Shown: positions 1 through 9,381 of the stretch, piece by piece
Layout of the letters: every line of letters starts with the position of its first letter
Numbering within the stretch: the first letter of the stretch is position 1
NCBI GenBank assembly: GCA_049241265.1
Contig: JBMLRA010000296.1
Span: 4,238-68,237 of the forward strand
DNA from: Chitinophagaceae bacterium
Lineage (GTDB): Bacteria > Bacteroidota > Bacteroidia > Chitinophagales > Chitinophagaceae
DNA: 64,000 nucleotides
Direction of reading: 5' to 3'
The notes under the pieces: generated by a model
Database searches by the model: none
What the model was told of the DNA's origin: nothing
Seen by the model: only the letters and a program-made list of their open reading frames with translations
Position numbers and translations under genes: made by a program

Positions 1-1731
1 TTTAAGCTTCTGAAGTTCTTTACCATCGTTTCTTGTTTCTTGTTTTTCGTTGATGGTAGGAGTTTTTGTTATTGCAACAGTTGGCTCTATTTTTTGTTTT
101 TGACTTTCAACTTTTGACTTGCCAATCCTTGCTGCTTCTCGTTCTTTCCACTGTGTCCATTCAGCATAAGTACCTTTAAATTCTTTGATGATACCATCTT
201 CAATTTCCCAAATTTTATTGGCAGCCATTGAAATAAAATATCTATCGTGACTTACCAATAAATAACTGCCTTCGTATTTACTTAAAGCTTCTGCGAGCAA
301 TTCCACACTGTGCATATCTAAGTGATTCGTAGGCTCATCCAGTAATAAAAAATTACTTTTTCCTGCAATAACTTTTGCCAATGCTACACGTGCTTTCTCT
401 CCCCCACTCAAAACCCTGATTTTTTTATCAGCATCATCACCACTAAATAAAAAACAACCAAGCAAACTACGCAATTCAAGGTCTGTTTTACTACTGCCAC
501 ATAATTGCATTTCTTCTAAAATGGTGTTGTTAATGTTTAATGCCTCAAGCTGGTGCTGAGCATAAAAACTTTCTTCAACATTATGTCCAGCAACCCTCTC
601 CCCTATTACACTTTCTGTTCCTGAAACGATTCTTAAGACTGTAGATTTTCCTTTACCATTTGCACCAACCAATGCTATTTTATCACCCCTGTTTATTTCA
701 ATAGAAGCATTATTTAAAATTTGAATGTCGCCAAAACTTTTGCTAACATTCTTTAATTCGCTAATAATTTTTCCTGGTTGTTTATCTATTCTAAAATTGA
801 TTTTAATATTGGGTCTTTCAATTTCGGTTTGTTCAATACGTTCAATTTTATCTAAACGTTTAACAATACTTTGTGCAGCAGCAGCCTTAGAAGCTTTTGC
901 TTTAAAGCGTTCTACAAATCGTTCTTGTTGGCGAATGTAATCTTGCTGGTTTTCGTAAGCCTTTTGCTGTAACTCTACACGTATTGCTTTTTCAGTTTCA
1001 TAAAACTCATAATTACCAGAGTAAATATGTAATTCTTGCTGATATAGCTCAACAATCTTATTAACCATTCTGTTCAAGAAAAACTTATCGTGGCTAACAA
1101 TTACAACACTTCCTTTATAATTTATTAAATACTTTTCAAGCCATTCAATACTTGGCAAATCCAAGTGGTTGGTAGGTTCATCTAGCAATAATACATCTGG
1201 TTGCTGTAAAATCATTTTAGCTAGCAACACACGCATTCTCCAGCCTCCACTAAACTCCTTGTATGGACGCTTAATATCTTTATCACTAAAACCTAAGCCG
1301 TGTAACACTTCTTCGGTTTTGTATTCAATTTCATAACCTCCAGCTACTTCTAAATCGTGGAGTTTATCTGAATATAATAGCAACATTTCATCGCTACTAT
1401 CTGTTTCTAATTTTTGGGTAATTTCTTCAAGCTCTTTTTCTATTTGCTTTACTCTTTCAAAGGCAGAAAGTGCTACTTCAAGAATAGAATCATTAGTATC
1501 AAAACTTAATAAATCCTGATGCAAATAGCCAATAGTGGTTTCTCTACCCTTTTCAACAGAACCTTTACTTGGTGTATATTCTCCAACCAAAACCTTGAAT
1601 AAAGTAGATTTACCTGTACCGTTATAACCAATTAATCCAATTCTTTCTCCTGGATTTATATGCCAGGTTGCATCTTGCACAATTACTCTTGCACCAAATT
1701 CGAAGGTTACGTTTTGAAGTCCTATTAACAT
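1..1731 (-). CDS. ABC-F family ATPase (two ABC cassettes, no TM domain); 3' end runs off the left edge of the window
   Basis: Absent from the ORF track because no stop lies in the window. My translation from the ATG at 1729..1731 reads MLIGLQNVTFEFG... It has Walker A GYNGTGKST and GANGKGKST, ABC signatures FSGGWRMRV and LSGGEKARV, and Walker B LLLDEPTNHLD twice. The frame stays open to base 1 (577 codons). Confidence 0.9.
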   Translation of the reverse strand, partial: MLIGLQNVTFEFGARVIVQDATWHINPGERIGLIGYNGTGKSTLFKVLVGEYTPSKGSVEKGRETTIGYLHQDLLSFDTNDSILEVALSAFERVKQIEKELEEITQKLETDSSDEMLLLYSDKLHDLEVAGGYEIEYKTEEVLHGLGFSDKDIKRPYKEFSGGWRMRVLLAKMILQQPDVLLLDEPTNHLDLPSIEWLEKYLINYKGSVVIVSHDKFFLNRMVNKIVELYQQELHIYSGNYEFYETEKAIRVELQQKAYENQQDYIRQQERFVERFKAKASKAAAAQSIVKRLDKIERIEQTEIERPNIKINFRIDKQPGKIISELKNVSKSFGDIQILNNASIEINRGDKIALVGANGKGKSTVLRIVSGTESVIGERVAGHNVEESFYAQHQLEALNINNTILEEMQLCGSSKTDLELRSLLGCFLFSGDDADKKIRVLSGGEKARVALAKVIAGKSNFLLLDEPTNHLDMHSVELLAEALSKYEGSYLLVSHDRYFISMAANKIWEIEDGIIKEFKGTYAEWTQWKEREAARIGKSKVESQKQKIEPTVAITKTPTINEKQETRNDGKELQKLK

Positions 1732-1826
1732 TGCTTATTTTATAATGGTCGCAAATATAAAAGGGTTTAAGGTTTGGGGCTGAAAGTTTAATATTTACAA
1801 GAGAGAATGCCTAGTTTAATTGAAGT

Positions 1827-2699
1827 TTAGGCTTTTTTTAGAATATAGATTACCGAGCTGCATTTTTTTGAATTGAATAAGGCCTTTAAGTTAGACATCA
1901 TTCCTACAAAAAAAGCTTTCACCAGATTTTGTTTTCCAGTTTTATACTGCTCACTCAGCATAGACACATACACACTATCGAACCACATTGGTTTTGTAGC
2001 TTCAATGGTAAACCCAAATTGTTTAGCCAATACATCCATACTTGCTGGGGAAAAATGGTACAAATGCCTTGGCACATCGTAGCCTGCCCAAAACTGCTTG
2101 TAATAGCTAGCATCATAACTGGTATAGTTTGGAACAGCAATTACCAATCTTCCATCTCTTTTTAAAACAGCTTGAAATTGTTTTAAATAATCTTTCAATG
2201 TGTGTATATGCTCTAGAACGTGCCACAATGTAATGGCATCAAAACTTTCAGCAGTTTGATTAAATAGTTCTGATGGGCTTTTTAAATCAAGTCCATATTT
2301 GCTTTTTGCATTTGACCTAGCAATATCATCTGGCTCCAATGCTGTTACATTCCAGCCAGCCTGCATCATTGTATTGGTAAAAGCACCTGTTCCTGCACCA
2401 ACAGTTACTTTTTGTACTAATTTAAGTTTAGATACAAGGGTGATATTTCGTACAGAATGATATACTTTACTAATAAATCCATCTTTTGTATCGGAATGTG
2501 AAATATAGCTTTGAGATTGATAGTATTTGCCTATTGCATCTTGTGTTGCTACATTTTGAGTAAATGCTATTGTGCAATTACTGCAAACTAAAACATCAAA
2601 TTCTTCGTGGCTTACTGTATAGTCTTTGGCTGACAACAATTTTGAAAAATTTTTGCTATCGCAACAAGGACAGTTTGTATAATGAATTGGTGATGACAT
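1827..2699 (-). CDS. Class I SAM-dependent methyltransferase with N-terminal CxxC...CxxC zinc-ribbon-like motif
   Basis: 290-aa ORF with N-terminal CPCC...CSNC. It has a glycine-rich SAM motif (VTVGAGTGAF) followed by an acidic loop (ALEPDD), and a later ITLWHVLEHI motif typical of Methyltransf_11/23 proteins. Confidence 0.75.
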   Translation of the reverse strand: MSSPIHYTNCPCCDSKNFSKLLSAKDYTVSHEEFDVLVCSNCTIAFTQNVATQDAIGKYYQSQSYISHSDTKDGFISKVYHSVRNITLVSKLKLVQKVTVGAGTGAFTNTMMQAGWNVTALEPDDIARSNAKSKYGLDLKSPSELFNQTAESFDAITLWHVLEHIHTLKDYLKQFQAVLKRDGRLVIAVPNYTSYDASYYKQFWAGYDVPRHLYHFSPASMDVLAKQFGFTIEATKPMWFDSVYVSMLSEQYKTGKQNLVKAFFVGMMSNLKALFNSKKCSSVIYILKKA

Positions 2700-2839
2700 T
2701 CTATTTTCTTTCTATTATGGCAAAGATGGGAGTTGTTTTAATAATCGAATAAAATATTGAATCATAAAGGTGATTTTATCTACAGTAACAGTTTTATAAA
2801 ATATCATATTTAATTTGCCATTCAATAAGTTTGCTACAA

Positions 2840-3895
2840 ATGCCCATTCAAAAAATAACTATTTACGATTTTATTAATATGCCAACTGGCAGTTTTTTGT
2901 TATTGGATGTACGCAGCCCTAGTGAATTTATACACGCTCATATTCCATTTGCAAATAATTTATCCTTGTTTAATGATGAAGAAAGAAAGGTTGTAGGCAC
3001 TGCTTATAAACAGCAAAGCAGAGAGCAAGCCATTAAAATTGGGCTTAAATATTTTGGCACAAAAATGACTGAAATGGTTGAGCAGGTTGAACAACTAATT
3101 ATCAATAATAAATTGCAGCAACCCAATAATAAAAACATTTCAATTGTAGTGCATTGTTGGCGTGGAGGAATGCGAAGTGCAGGTGTCGCTTGGCTTTTAG
3201 ATTTATATGGCTACAAAGTTTTCACCATTATTGGTGGTTATAAAGCCTATAGAAATTGGGTATTGAATCAATTTGAAAAAACCTATCACTTTAAAGTAAT
3301 AGGTGGCTACACAGGTAGTGGGAAAACTGAAGTATTAGCTGCACTCAAACAACAAAATGCAACGATTATTGATTTAGAGAAATTAGCATTGCACAAAGGT
3401 TCGGCTTTTGGTAATTTGAATGAAATAGCACAACCCTCACAAGAAATGTTTGAGAATAAGTTAGCAGTTGAATTGTATTTATATAAAAATGAGATTATTT
3501 GGATTGAAGACGAAAGCCAACGTATTGGCAATGTAAATATTCCTACCAAAATACACCAACAAAAGCAACAAGCAAACGTATATTTTTTAGATATTCCATT
3601 TGAAGAACGACTGCAATACATTATTGCTGGTTATGGTAAATTTGGAAAGGATAAATTAGTGAATGCGATTATTAGAATTAAAAAAAGATTGGGTGGTTTA
3701 GATGCTAAAAATGCGATTAATTATTTATTAGAAGATGATATTGAAAACTGTTTTTCAATTCTTTTAAAATACTATGACAAATATTATTTGAGTGGTTTGT
3801 ATACTAAACCAACCATTGAAACAATACTAACAAAAATACCTTGTAGTAAAGTAGATGCAAAGGGAAATGCACAAACATTACTGAGCATAAATTAA
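2840..3895 (+). CDS. selU: tRNA 2-selenouridine synthase (rhodanese domain plus P-loop)
   Basis: Rhodanese active-site loop VHCWRGGMRSAGVAWLL and P-loop GGYTGSGKTEVL, a domain order typical of SelU/MnmH/YbbB. The track start at 2831 is TTG, so I prefer the ATG at 2840 (MPIQKITIYDF). It ends 8 nt before selD. Confidence 0.85.
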   Translation: MPIQKITIYDFINMPTGSFLLLDVRSPSEFIHAHIPFANNLSLFNDEERKVVGTAYKQQSREQAIKIGLKYFGTKMTEMVEQVEQLIINNKLQQPNNKNISIVVHCWRGGMRSAGVAWLLDLYGYKVFTIIGGYKAYRNWVLNQFEKTYHFKVIGGYTGSGKTEVLAALKQQNATIIDLEKLALHKGSAFGNLNEIAQPSQEMFENKLAVELYLYKNEIIWIEDESQRIGNVNIPTKIHQQKQQANVYFLDIPFEERLQYIIAGYGKFGKDKLVNAIIRIKKRLGGLDAKNAINYLLEDDIENCFSILLKYYDKYYLSGLYTKPTIETILTKIPCSKVDAKGNAQTLLSIN

Positions 3896-3903
3896 AACAT
3901 AAA

Positions 3904-4968
3904 ATGACAAATACAGATATTGACAATATTAAACTAACACAATATTCTCATGGTGCAGGTTGTGGCTGCAAAATATCGCCAAAGGTTTTAGACCAAATTT
4001 TGGCATCTAATTTTTCAATGCCCGATAACGATAAATTGATTGTGGGCAATCATAGTAAAGATGATGCAGCTGTTTATGATTTAGGCAATGGAACTGCCCT
4101 CATTTCTACAACTGATTTTTTTATGCCAATTGTAGATGACCCATACAATTTTGGGCGTATCGCTAGTGCCAATGCTATTAGTGATGTATATGCAATGGGT
4201 GGCAAACCAATATTAGCAATAGCAATTCTTGGATGGCCAATTAACACACTGCCACCAGAAGTAGCACAACGTGTTATTGAAGGTAGCAGAAGTATTTGTA
4301 AAGAAGCTGGTATTTCATTAGCAGGTGGGCATAGCATAGATTCACCAGAGCCCATTTTTGGGTTAGCCGTAAATGGCTTGGTTGGCATTGCCAATATTAA
4401 ACAAAACAACACTGCAAAAGTTGGTGACGTATTGTTTTTAACTAAAAAAATAGGGGTAGGCATTTTAACAACAGCAGAAAAAAAAGGATTATTAAAAGAT
4501 GAACACAAGCAATTAGCACCACTACAAATGATGCAATTAAACAAAATTGGTGAAGCCTTGGGCAAATTAGACTTTGTGAATGCAATAACTGATGTTACTG
4601 GCTTTGGATTGCTAGGGCATTTAACTGAAATGGCTGAAGGCAGTGGCGTTAGTGCTATTGTACATTTAAATAAAGTACCACTAATTACTAGCGAACTTCA
4701 ATATTATATTGATAACAAATCCATACCAGGAGGCACCAATAGAAACTGGGATAGTTATGGTAGTAAAATTGGTTTTGGTAGTGATGTAAATATTGATAAT
4801 GCAAAAGCCATATTAGCAGACCCACAAACTAGTGGAGGTTTATTAATTGCAGTTGATAAAACTAAAGTTGATTTTATAAAGCAGCTATTGCAGGATAATA
4901 ATTTATATGCCGAACCAATTGGGGAAATTGTAGATAAAACTGAGAATTTAGTACAAGTTTTAAGTTAA
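3904..4968 (+). CDS. selD: Selenide, water dikinase (selenophosphate synthetase), Cys-type
   Basis: N-terminal SHGAGCGCKISPKVL matches the SelD glycine-rich Cys/Lys active-site loop. AIR-synthase-like fold motifs DDAAVY and FFMPIVDDPYNFGRIASANAISDVYAMGG are present. The active-site position is a TGT/TGC Cys, not TGA. Confidence 0.92.
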   Translation: MTNTDIDNIKLTQYSHGAGCGCKISPKVLDQILASNFSMPDNDKLIVGNHSKDDAAVYDLGNGTALISTTDFFMPIVDDPYNFGRIASANAISDVYAMGGKPILAIAILGWPINTLPPEVAQRVIEGSRSICKEAGISLAGGHSIDSPEPIFGLAVNGLVGIANIKQNNTAKVGDVLFLTKKIGVGILTTAEKKGLLKDEHKQLAPLQMMQLNKIGEALGKLDFVNAITDVTGFGLLGHLTEMAEGSGVSAIVHLNKVPLITSELQYYIDNKSIPGGTNRNWDSYGSKIGFGSDVNIDNAKAILADPQTSGGLLIAVDKTKVDFIKQLLQDNNLYAEPIGEIVDKTENLVQVLS

Positions 4969-4973
4969 CAAAC

Positions 4974-6311
4974 TTATAATTCCTGCCTTCGCTTTATTTC
5001 TAAATATTTGTTAATGGTATTAACAGTAAGCTGTGCTGGAGTTGTTATAATAGCTGTTATACCATTATGTCTTAGTTCTTTTAACATTAACTTTTTTTCG
5101 TACAAAAATTTATCGGCAATAGTTTGTATATAAATTTCTTCTGTGTTTGAAGCGTCTGATTCTAATATTTTTTTTATCTCCGTATTTTCAAAAAATACTA
5201 CTAATAATAAATGATGATTAGCAATTTGTTTTAAGTAAGGCAATTGTCTTTTTAAACTGTACTCACTTTCAAAATTGGTAAACAAAATCAACAAACTCCT
5301 TTGTTTAATTCTGTATCTTACTTGTGCATATAAGCTTTCGTAATCAGCATCTTTAAACATTGTTTCTTGCTTATATAGTTGTTGCAGTAAGCCTTCCATT
5401 TGCATTGGTTTTCTATCGGCAGGAACAAAGCAGTCAATTTTTTCAGCAAAGCAAACAAGTCCGGCTTTGTCCTGTTTTTGAATAGCAATATTGCTTAATG
5501 CAAGACTTGCATTAATAGAATAATCAAGCAACGATAAACCTTCAAAAGGCATTTTCATATTACGGCTTTTGTCTATTAAACAATAAACCTGTTGCGACTT
5601 TTCATCAACATAAGTATTAACCATCAACTGCGATTTTCTTGCAGTTGCTTTCCAGTTTATGGTTCTGTAATCATCGCCTTGTACATATTCTTTTATTTGC
5701 TCAAACTCAACACTATTACCCGATTTTCTTACACGCTTGCTGCCTGTTTGTTGTAAGCTATTGCTAACTGCTGACAACGAAAATTTTTGCATTTGAATAT
5801 AAGACGGATATACAAAAACTGTTTGACTCGTTTTAAATTCAAAACGCCTTTTAATTAATTTCAAAGGCGATGTAATAAATACCAATGTATTGCCAAAATT
5901 GTATTCACCTCTTTCTGTTGGTGTAACATAGTAATTAACGATATTACTTGCATTTGCTTTTAACAATAATGGCTTTAGTTCAATTACTTTACTTAATAAC
6001 TGTACAGGCAATTCTTCAATAATATCAATAGATACAGGAAAACTATAATTGCTCTGCAAATGAATATTAACAGCGTTTTTATCTCCATTACTCAGCCTTA
6101 AATTGATATGCCTTTCTGCAATAAATGAGTTAGATTTTGCATATAAAAAAACTACATCTAAAAACAGAAGTACCAATAACACAACAAGCAATATTTGTGC
6201 AACAATAAATAATGGAATAAGGAAAAATGAAAAGGCAAATACCAAGCATACAATAGCCCCTGCCAAATAAAACAGTGGGTTTAAGTAGAATGATTTGTAA
6301 AATGCTTTCAT
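4974..6311 (-). CDS. DUF58 (vWA-like) domain membrane protein, MoxR partner
   Basis: Two N-terminal TM helices, then the typical DUF58 motif SVEFEQIKEYVQGDDYRTINWKATARKSQLMVNTY followed by a vWA-like region (VYCLIDKSRNM). It lies directly downstream of the MoxR ATPase. Confidence 0.8.
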   Translation of the reverse strand: MKAFYKSFYLNPLFYLAGAIVCLVFAFSFFLIPLFIVAQILLVVLLVLLFLDVVFLYAKSNSFIAERHINLRLSNGDKNAVNIHLQSNYSFPVSIDIIEELPVQLLSKVIELKPLLLKANASNIVNYYVTPTERGEYNFGNTLVFITSPLKLIKRRFEFKTSQTVFVYPSYIQMQKFSLSAVSNSLQQTGSKRVRKSGNSVEFEQIKEYVQGDDYRTINWKATARKSQLMVNTYVDEKSQQVYCLIDKSRNMKMPFEGLSLLDYSINASLALSNIAIQKQDKAGLVCFAEKIDCFVPADRKPMQMEGLLQQLYKQETMFKDADYESLYAQVRYRIKQRSLLILFTNFESEYSLKRQLPYLKQIANHHLLLVVFFENTEIKKILESDASNTEEIYIQTIADKFLYEKKLMLKELRHNGITAIITTPAQLTVNTINKYLEIKRRQEL

Positions 6312-6357
6312 TGTAGTAATTGAAAATTATTGATTAATAATTATTAATCAATAATCA

Positions 6358-7350
6358 TTATCTAGGTATTTCTAAACTTTGAATAATTTGTTTAATAACA
6401 TCGTTGGTTGTAATGCCTTCCATTTCTTTTTCTGGAGTTAATATCAATCTATGTCGCAAAACGTAAGGGCAAACAAACACCACATCATCGGGTGTAACAA
6501 AATCTCTTCCAGCCATTGCTGCTATTGCTTTTGATGCATTCATAACTGCCAATGATGCACGTGGAGATGCCCCTAAAAATATAGATTTATGACTACGTGT
6601 TGTTGTAATAATTTGAGCAATAAATTTCAATAATTTTTCATCAATTACTATTTGTTTCACTTGTGTTCTTATAGCTCTTATTTGCTCTCCATTAAGCACT
6701 GCTTGAATATTTGCAAAAGGACTTTCACTAGCCAATTGATGAAACTTAGATAATATATCAACCTCTTGTTCCAGTGTTGGATATGGCACTTGAATTTTAA
6801 ATAAAAATCTATCTAATTGTGCTTCAGGCAAACGATAAGTTCCTTCGTATTCAATTGGATTTTGGGTTGCTATTACAATAAAAGGAGGTTCCATTACATA
6901 AGCTGTTCCATCCATTGTAACTTGCCTTTCTTCCATGATTTCAAACAAAGCTGCCTGTGTTTTTGCTGGAGCTCTGTTAATTTCATCTATCAATACAATA
7001 TTGCTAAATACTGGTCCACGCTTAAATTCAAACTTGCTGGTGTTGGGATTAAATATTGATGTACCCAAAACATCACTAGGCATTAAATCTGGTGTAAATT
7101 GAATTCGACTAAACTTAACATCAATACTTTTAGCTACAAGCCTTGCTGTTATTGTTTTTGCAACTCCTGGAGCACCTTCTATAATTACGTGTCCATCAGC
7201 AAGAATTGCTGCTAGCAACATTCGTATCATATCATCTTGCCCTACAATTATCTTTCGTATTTCACCTGTAATTGCTGCTACTGCTTGATGTAATAAACCA
7301 AGATTGGTTCTTTGTTCAAATATGTTTTCTTCAAGATTATTTTCTTCCAT
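6358..7350 (-). CDS. MoxR-family AAA+ ATPase
   Basis: Walker A GAPGVAKT, Walker B VLIDEINRA, ATQNPIEYEGTYRLPEAQLDRF and a C-terminal GASPRA lid motif. Its ATG overlaps the upstream stop as TAATG at 7350. Confidence 0.92.
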   Translation of the reverse strand: MEENNLEENIFEQRTNLGLLHQAVAAITGEIRKIIVGQDDMIRMLLAAILADGHVIIEGAPGVAKTITARLVAKSIDVKFSRIQFTPDLMPSDVLGTSIFNPNTSKFEFKRGPVFSNIVLIDEINRAPAKTQAALFEIMEERQVTMDGTAYVMEPPFIVIATQNPIEYEGTYRLPEAQLDRFLFKIQVPYPTLEQEVDILSKFHQLASESPFANIQAVLNGEQIRAIRTQVKQIVIDEKLLKFIAQIITTTRSHKSIFLGASPRASLAVMNASKAIAAMAGRDFVTPDDVVFVCPYVLRHRLILTPEKEMEGITTNDVIKQIIQSLEIPR

Positions 7351-8570
7351 TACGTTGTGTGTTTATAAAAATTTTGAAAAATAGTGTAGTATTTATTTAA
7401 CTGTTCTTGTGTTATATTCTGTTGTGATTGAATGTCAACTACAGTTTGAATGATATTATAAGTTTTATCTTCTGGATAGCCCGATTTTAAACTTAACTTA
7501 CTTACCAATTCGTTATTTAAAGATGAAGTATTGATAAAATATTTGCTTCTAATATGTTCTAAGAAGTAAGCAACCATTTTATTGGCAAGATTAATGTGAT
7601 CTCCTTTCTGAAAATAAAGCCTACCAATGGTTTGAACAAAATACAACGAATCGTTTTGTACATTTTTTTTTGCTTTAACTAACCTTTGTTTTCTTTTAAA
7701 ATTTACCAAAAAGTAGATTATAAATAATGATATAGCTATTGCAAAAGCCCATAAAAAAGCTGGATAACTAAACAAAATTCTGAAAGGAGAGCGTTCTTGT
7801 TTTTTATCACCATCTCGTTTATATGTGTAATAATCGTCCCAAATAATTTTAGTTACATTATTAGGAATTGCAGCAATGACCTTCTCAAAATACTCATCGT
7901 TATTCTTTTGTGTGATAAAATAATTACAAAAAAGAAATGGATCGGAATGAAAAAACACCATCCCATTCTTTATTTTTCCTCTTATAAAATTGGGTTCTTG
8001 TTTTACATTACAACCTAATACTGTATATTTAGTAGAATCTAATTCTTTAAAATACATTCCACTTGAAAACCCTGCATTAAAATAAGTTGAAGATGGGTTA
8101 TAAAAAGGGAGTTTTAGAGTAGTATTTACCGAATCGTAATAGTTATCGTTAAAATCAATAGTGTTAAAACTATAATCATATTTAACATCAAAATAATCAG
8201 TGGTATTGCTATTGACACTTGATGAACTAATAAAAATATAATTGCCATTTGATACAAATTCATGCAGTAGTTCTAAATCATCTGTATTGGGATTAAATCT
8301 TTGGCTTACCAAAAAAAGCAAGTTGCCGCCATTTTTTATACTATCATAATTGTACCACTCGTAAGGCTCATCATTATTAACTTTTATCTTACAATTTCTA
8401 AACATTGAAGTTAAACTGTTATAACAAATGCTTGTTGCATAAGGCCTTGTATCTTTTCTGTTTAGTGTAACTTTTTTATCAAACTTTTTTTCTGGTTTAT
8501 ATAACACAAATGCAGCTACTAGCAGCACTAGCATTGCAAAAATTAGTATATATGAACTTGTTTTTTTCAA
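7350..8570 (-). CDS. DUF4350-like membrane-anchored protein
   Basis: 406 aa with an N-terminal TM helix, a large extracytoplasmic domain, a second TM (AFLWAFAIAISLFIIYFLV) and a C-terminal helical tail. Its size, topology and position upstream of MoxR/DUF58 match the family as I recall it. No HMM was run. Confidence 0.55.
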   Translation of the reverse strand: MKKTSSYILIFAMLVLLVAAFVLYKPEKKFDKKVTLNRKDTRPYATSICYNSLTSMFRNCKIKVNNDEPYEWYNYDSIKNGGNLLFLVSQRFNPNTDDLELLHEFVSNGNYIFISSSSVNSNTTDYFDVKYDYSFNTIDFNDNYYDSVNTTLKLPFYNPSSTYFNAGFSSGMYFKELDSTKYTVLGCNVKQEPNFIRGKIKNGMVFFHSDPFLFCNYFITQKNNDEYFEKVIAAIPNNVTKIIWDDYYTYKRDGDKKQERSPFRILFSYPAFLWAFAIAISLFIIYFLVNFKRKQRLVKAKKNVQNDSLYFVQTIGRLYFQKGDHINLANKMVAYFLEHIRSKYFINTSSLNNELVSKLSLKSGYPEDKTYNIIQTVVDIQSQQNITQEQLNKYYTIFQNFYKHTT

Positions 8571-8577
8571 AAATGAA

Positions 8578-9381
8578 TTAATTTAACTGTTCTTCAAATT
8601 GCTTAAAGCCGTTAGCAATTTTATTATATTGATTAGCATTTATTACAATTCCCGAAAACCAAGCATACTCGTAATAATTTGCAGTTAGTAAAAAATTTTG
8701 ATAATGTTTTGTATGAATAAGTTGAAATTGATAATCAAAGTTTGTTTTATCAATACTATACTCAATTAGTTTTTTATTATTCAAAATAGTTAAAAGCTTT
8801 AAAAAACCCAATCTTGCAGCCTTATTATAGTCTAATGAATCAATTGCTTGTTGAATCAATTTTGGAAAGTCCAAATCAAAAATATTTTGGTTAAATACAT
8901 CTGTATCTTCAGTTGTTGTTTGTACTTTTTTATTCCTTTTAGAAAATACATTTACGTTTCCATCCATTGCATAAACAACAATTATAACCACTAAAAAACC
9001 AATTGCTAATAACCAAAATAAGAACTCTAAAAAAGCACTAGAAACTAATGGTTTAGTGTTATTAACTTTTTTTTCTCGTTTTATTGCTTCATTATTTTTT
9101 GGGTGATATTGATACGCATCTTGAAGCTTCATTTTTGCAATGGTGTCATTAAATATCAATCGCATTTGTACACTTGAAGTATCTATTCTTGCATCAGTAA
9201 AACCTAAATCTTTTTTTGTATTTTCTGTAAGTGTAGTGCTATCATCTTCTTCCAAAGTATCTACAGTAGAGTCTTCAATTGTTCTAACAATTGTGTCTTC
9301 ATAATTTTGAGAAAAAGAAGTATTGGGCGTTAAACTAAACCCCAACACAAACAGCAATATGGAAATTATTTTATTCGGCAA
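8578..9381 (-). CDS. DUF4129-like membrane protein
   Basis: 267 aa with a signal/TM segment, a central TM (FLFWLLAIGFLVVIIVVYA) and a C-terminal helical domain with aromatic-rich YYEYAWFSG. It overlaps the upstream gene by 11 nt. The assignment is by recollection of operon context. Confidence 0.5.
   Translation of the reverse strand: MPNKIISILLFVLGFSLTPNTSFSQNYEDTIVRTIEDSTVDTLEEDDSTTLTENTKKDLGFTDARIDTSSVQMRLIFNDTIAKMKLQDAYQYHPKNNEAIKREKKVNNTKPLVSSAFLEFLFWLLAIGFLVVIIVVYAMDGNVNVFSKRNKKVQTTTEDTDVFNQNIFDLDFPKLIQQAIDSLDYNKAARLGFLKLLTILNNKKLIEYSIDKTNFDYQFQLIHTKHYQNFLLTANYYEYAWFSGIVINANQYNKIANGFKQFEEQLN

Noticed and set aside
4074-4565. 163-aa antisense ORF inside selD, and similar antisense or alternative-frame ORFs in the track (725..940, 1873..2165, 3307..3621, 6817..7059, 25469..25910, 28870..29118, 31265..31565, 50130..50980 and others)
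   Set aside because: Each lies wholly within a well-supported gene with clear family motifs. Their translations show no motifs and have skewed composition typical of AT-rich antisense frames.
3904-4968. Selenocysteine-containing SelD or other TGA-recoded genes
   Set aside because: The SelD active-site residue is encoded by a Cys codon. I saw no pair of same-frame ORFs split by a single TGA anywhere in the window.
7663-7671. Homopolymer tracts as phase-variation switches: A/T runs of 8-9 nt at 7663..7671, 41721..41728, 47495..47503 and 58021..58050
   Set aside because: Runs of this length are expected in such an AT-rich genome. They encode ordinary Lys/Phe stretches, and no frameshifted partner ORFs are evident.
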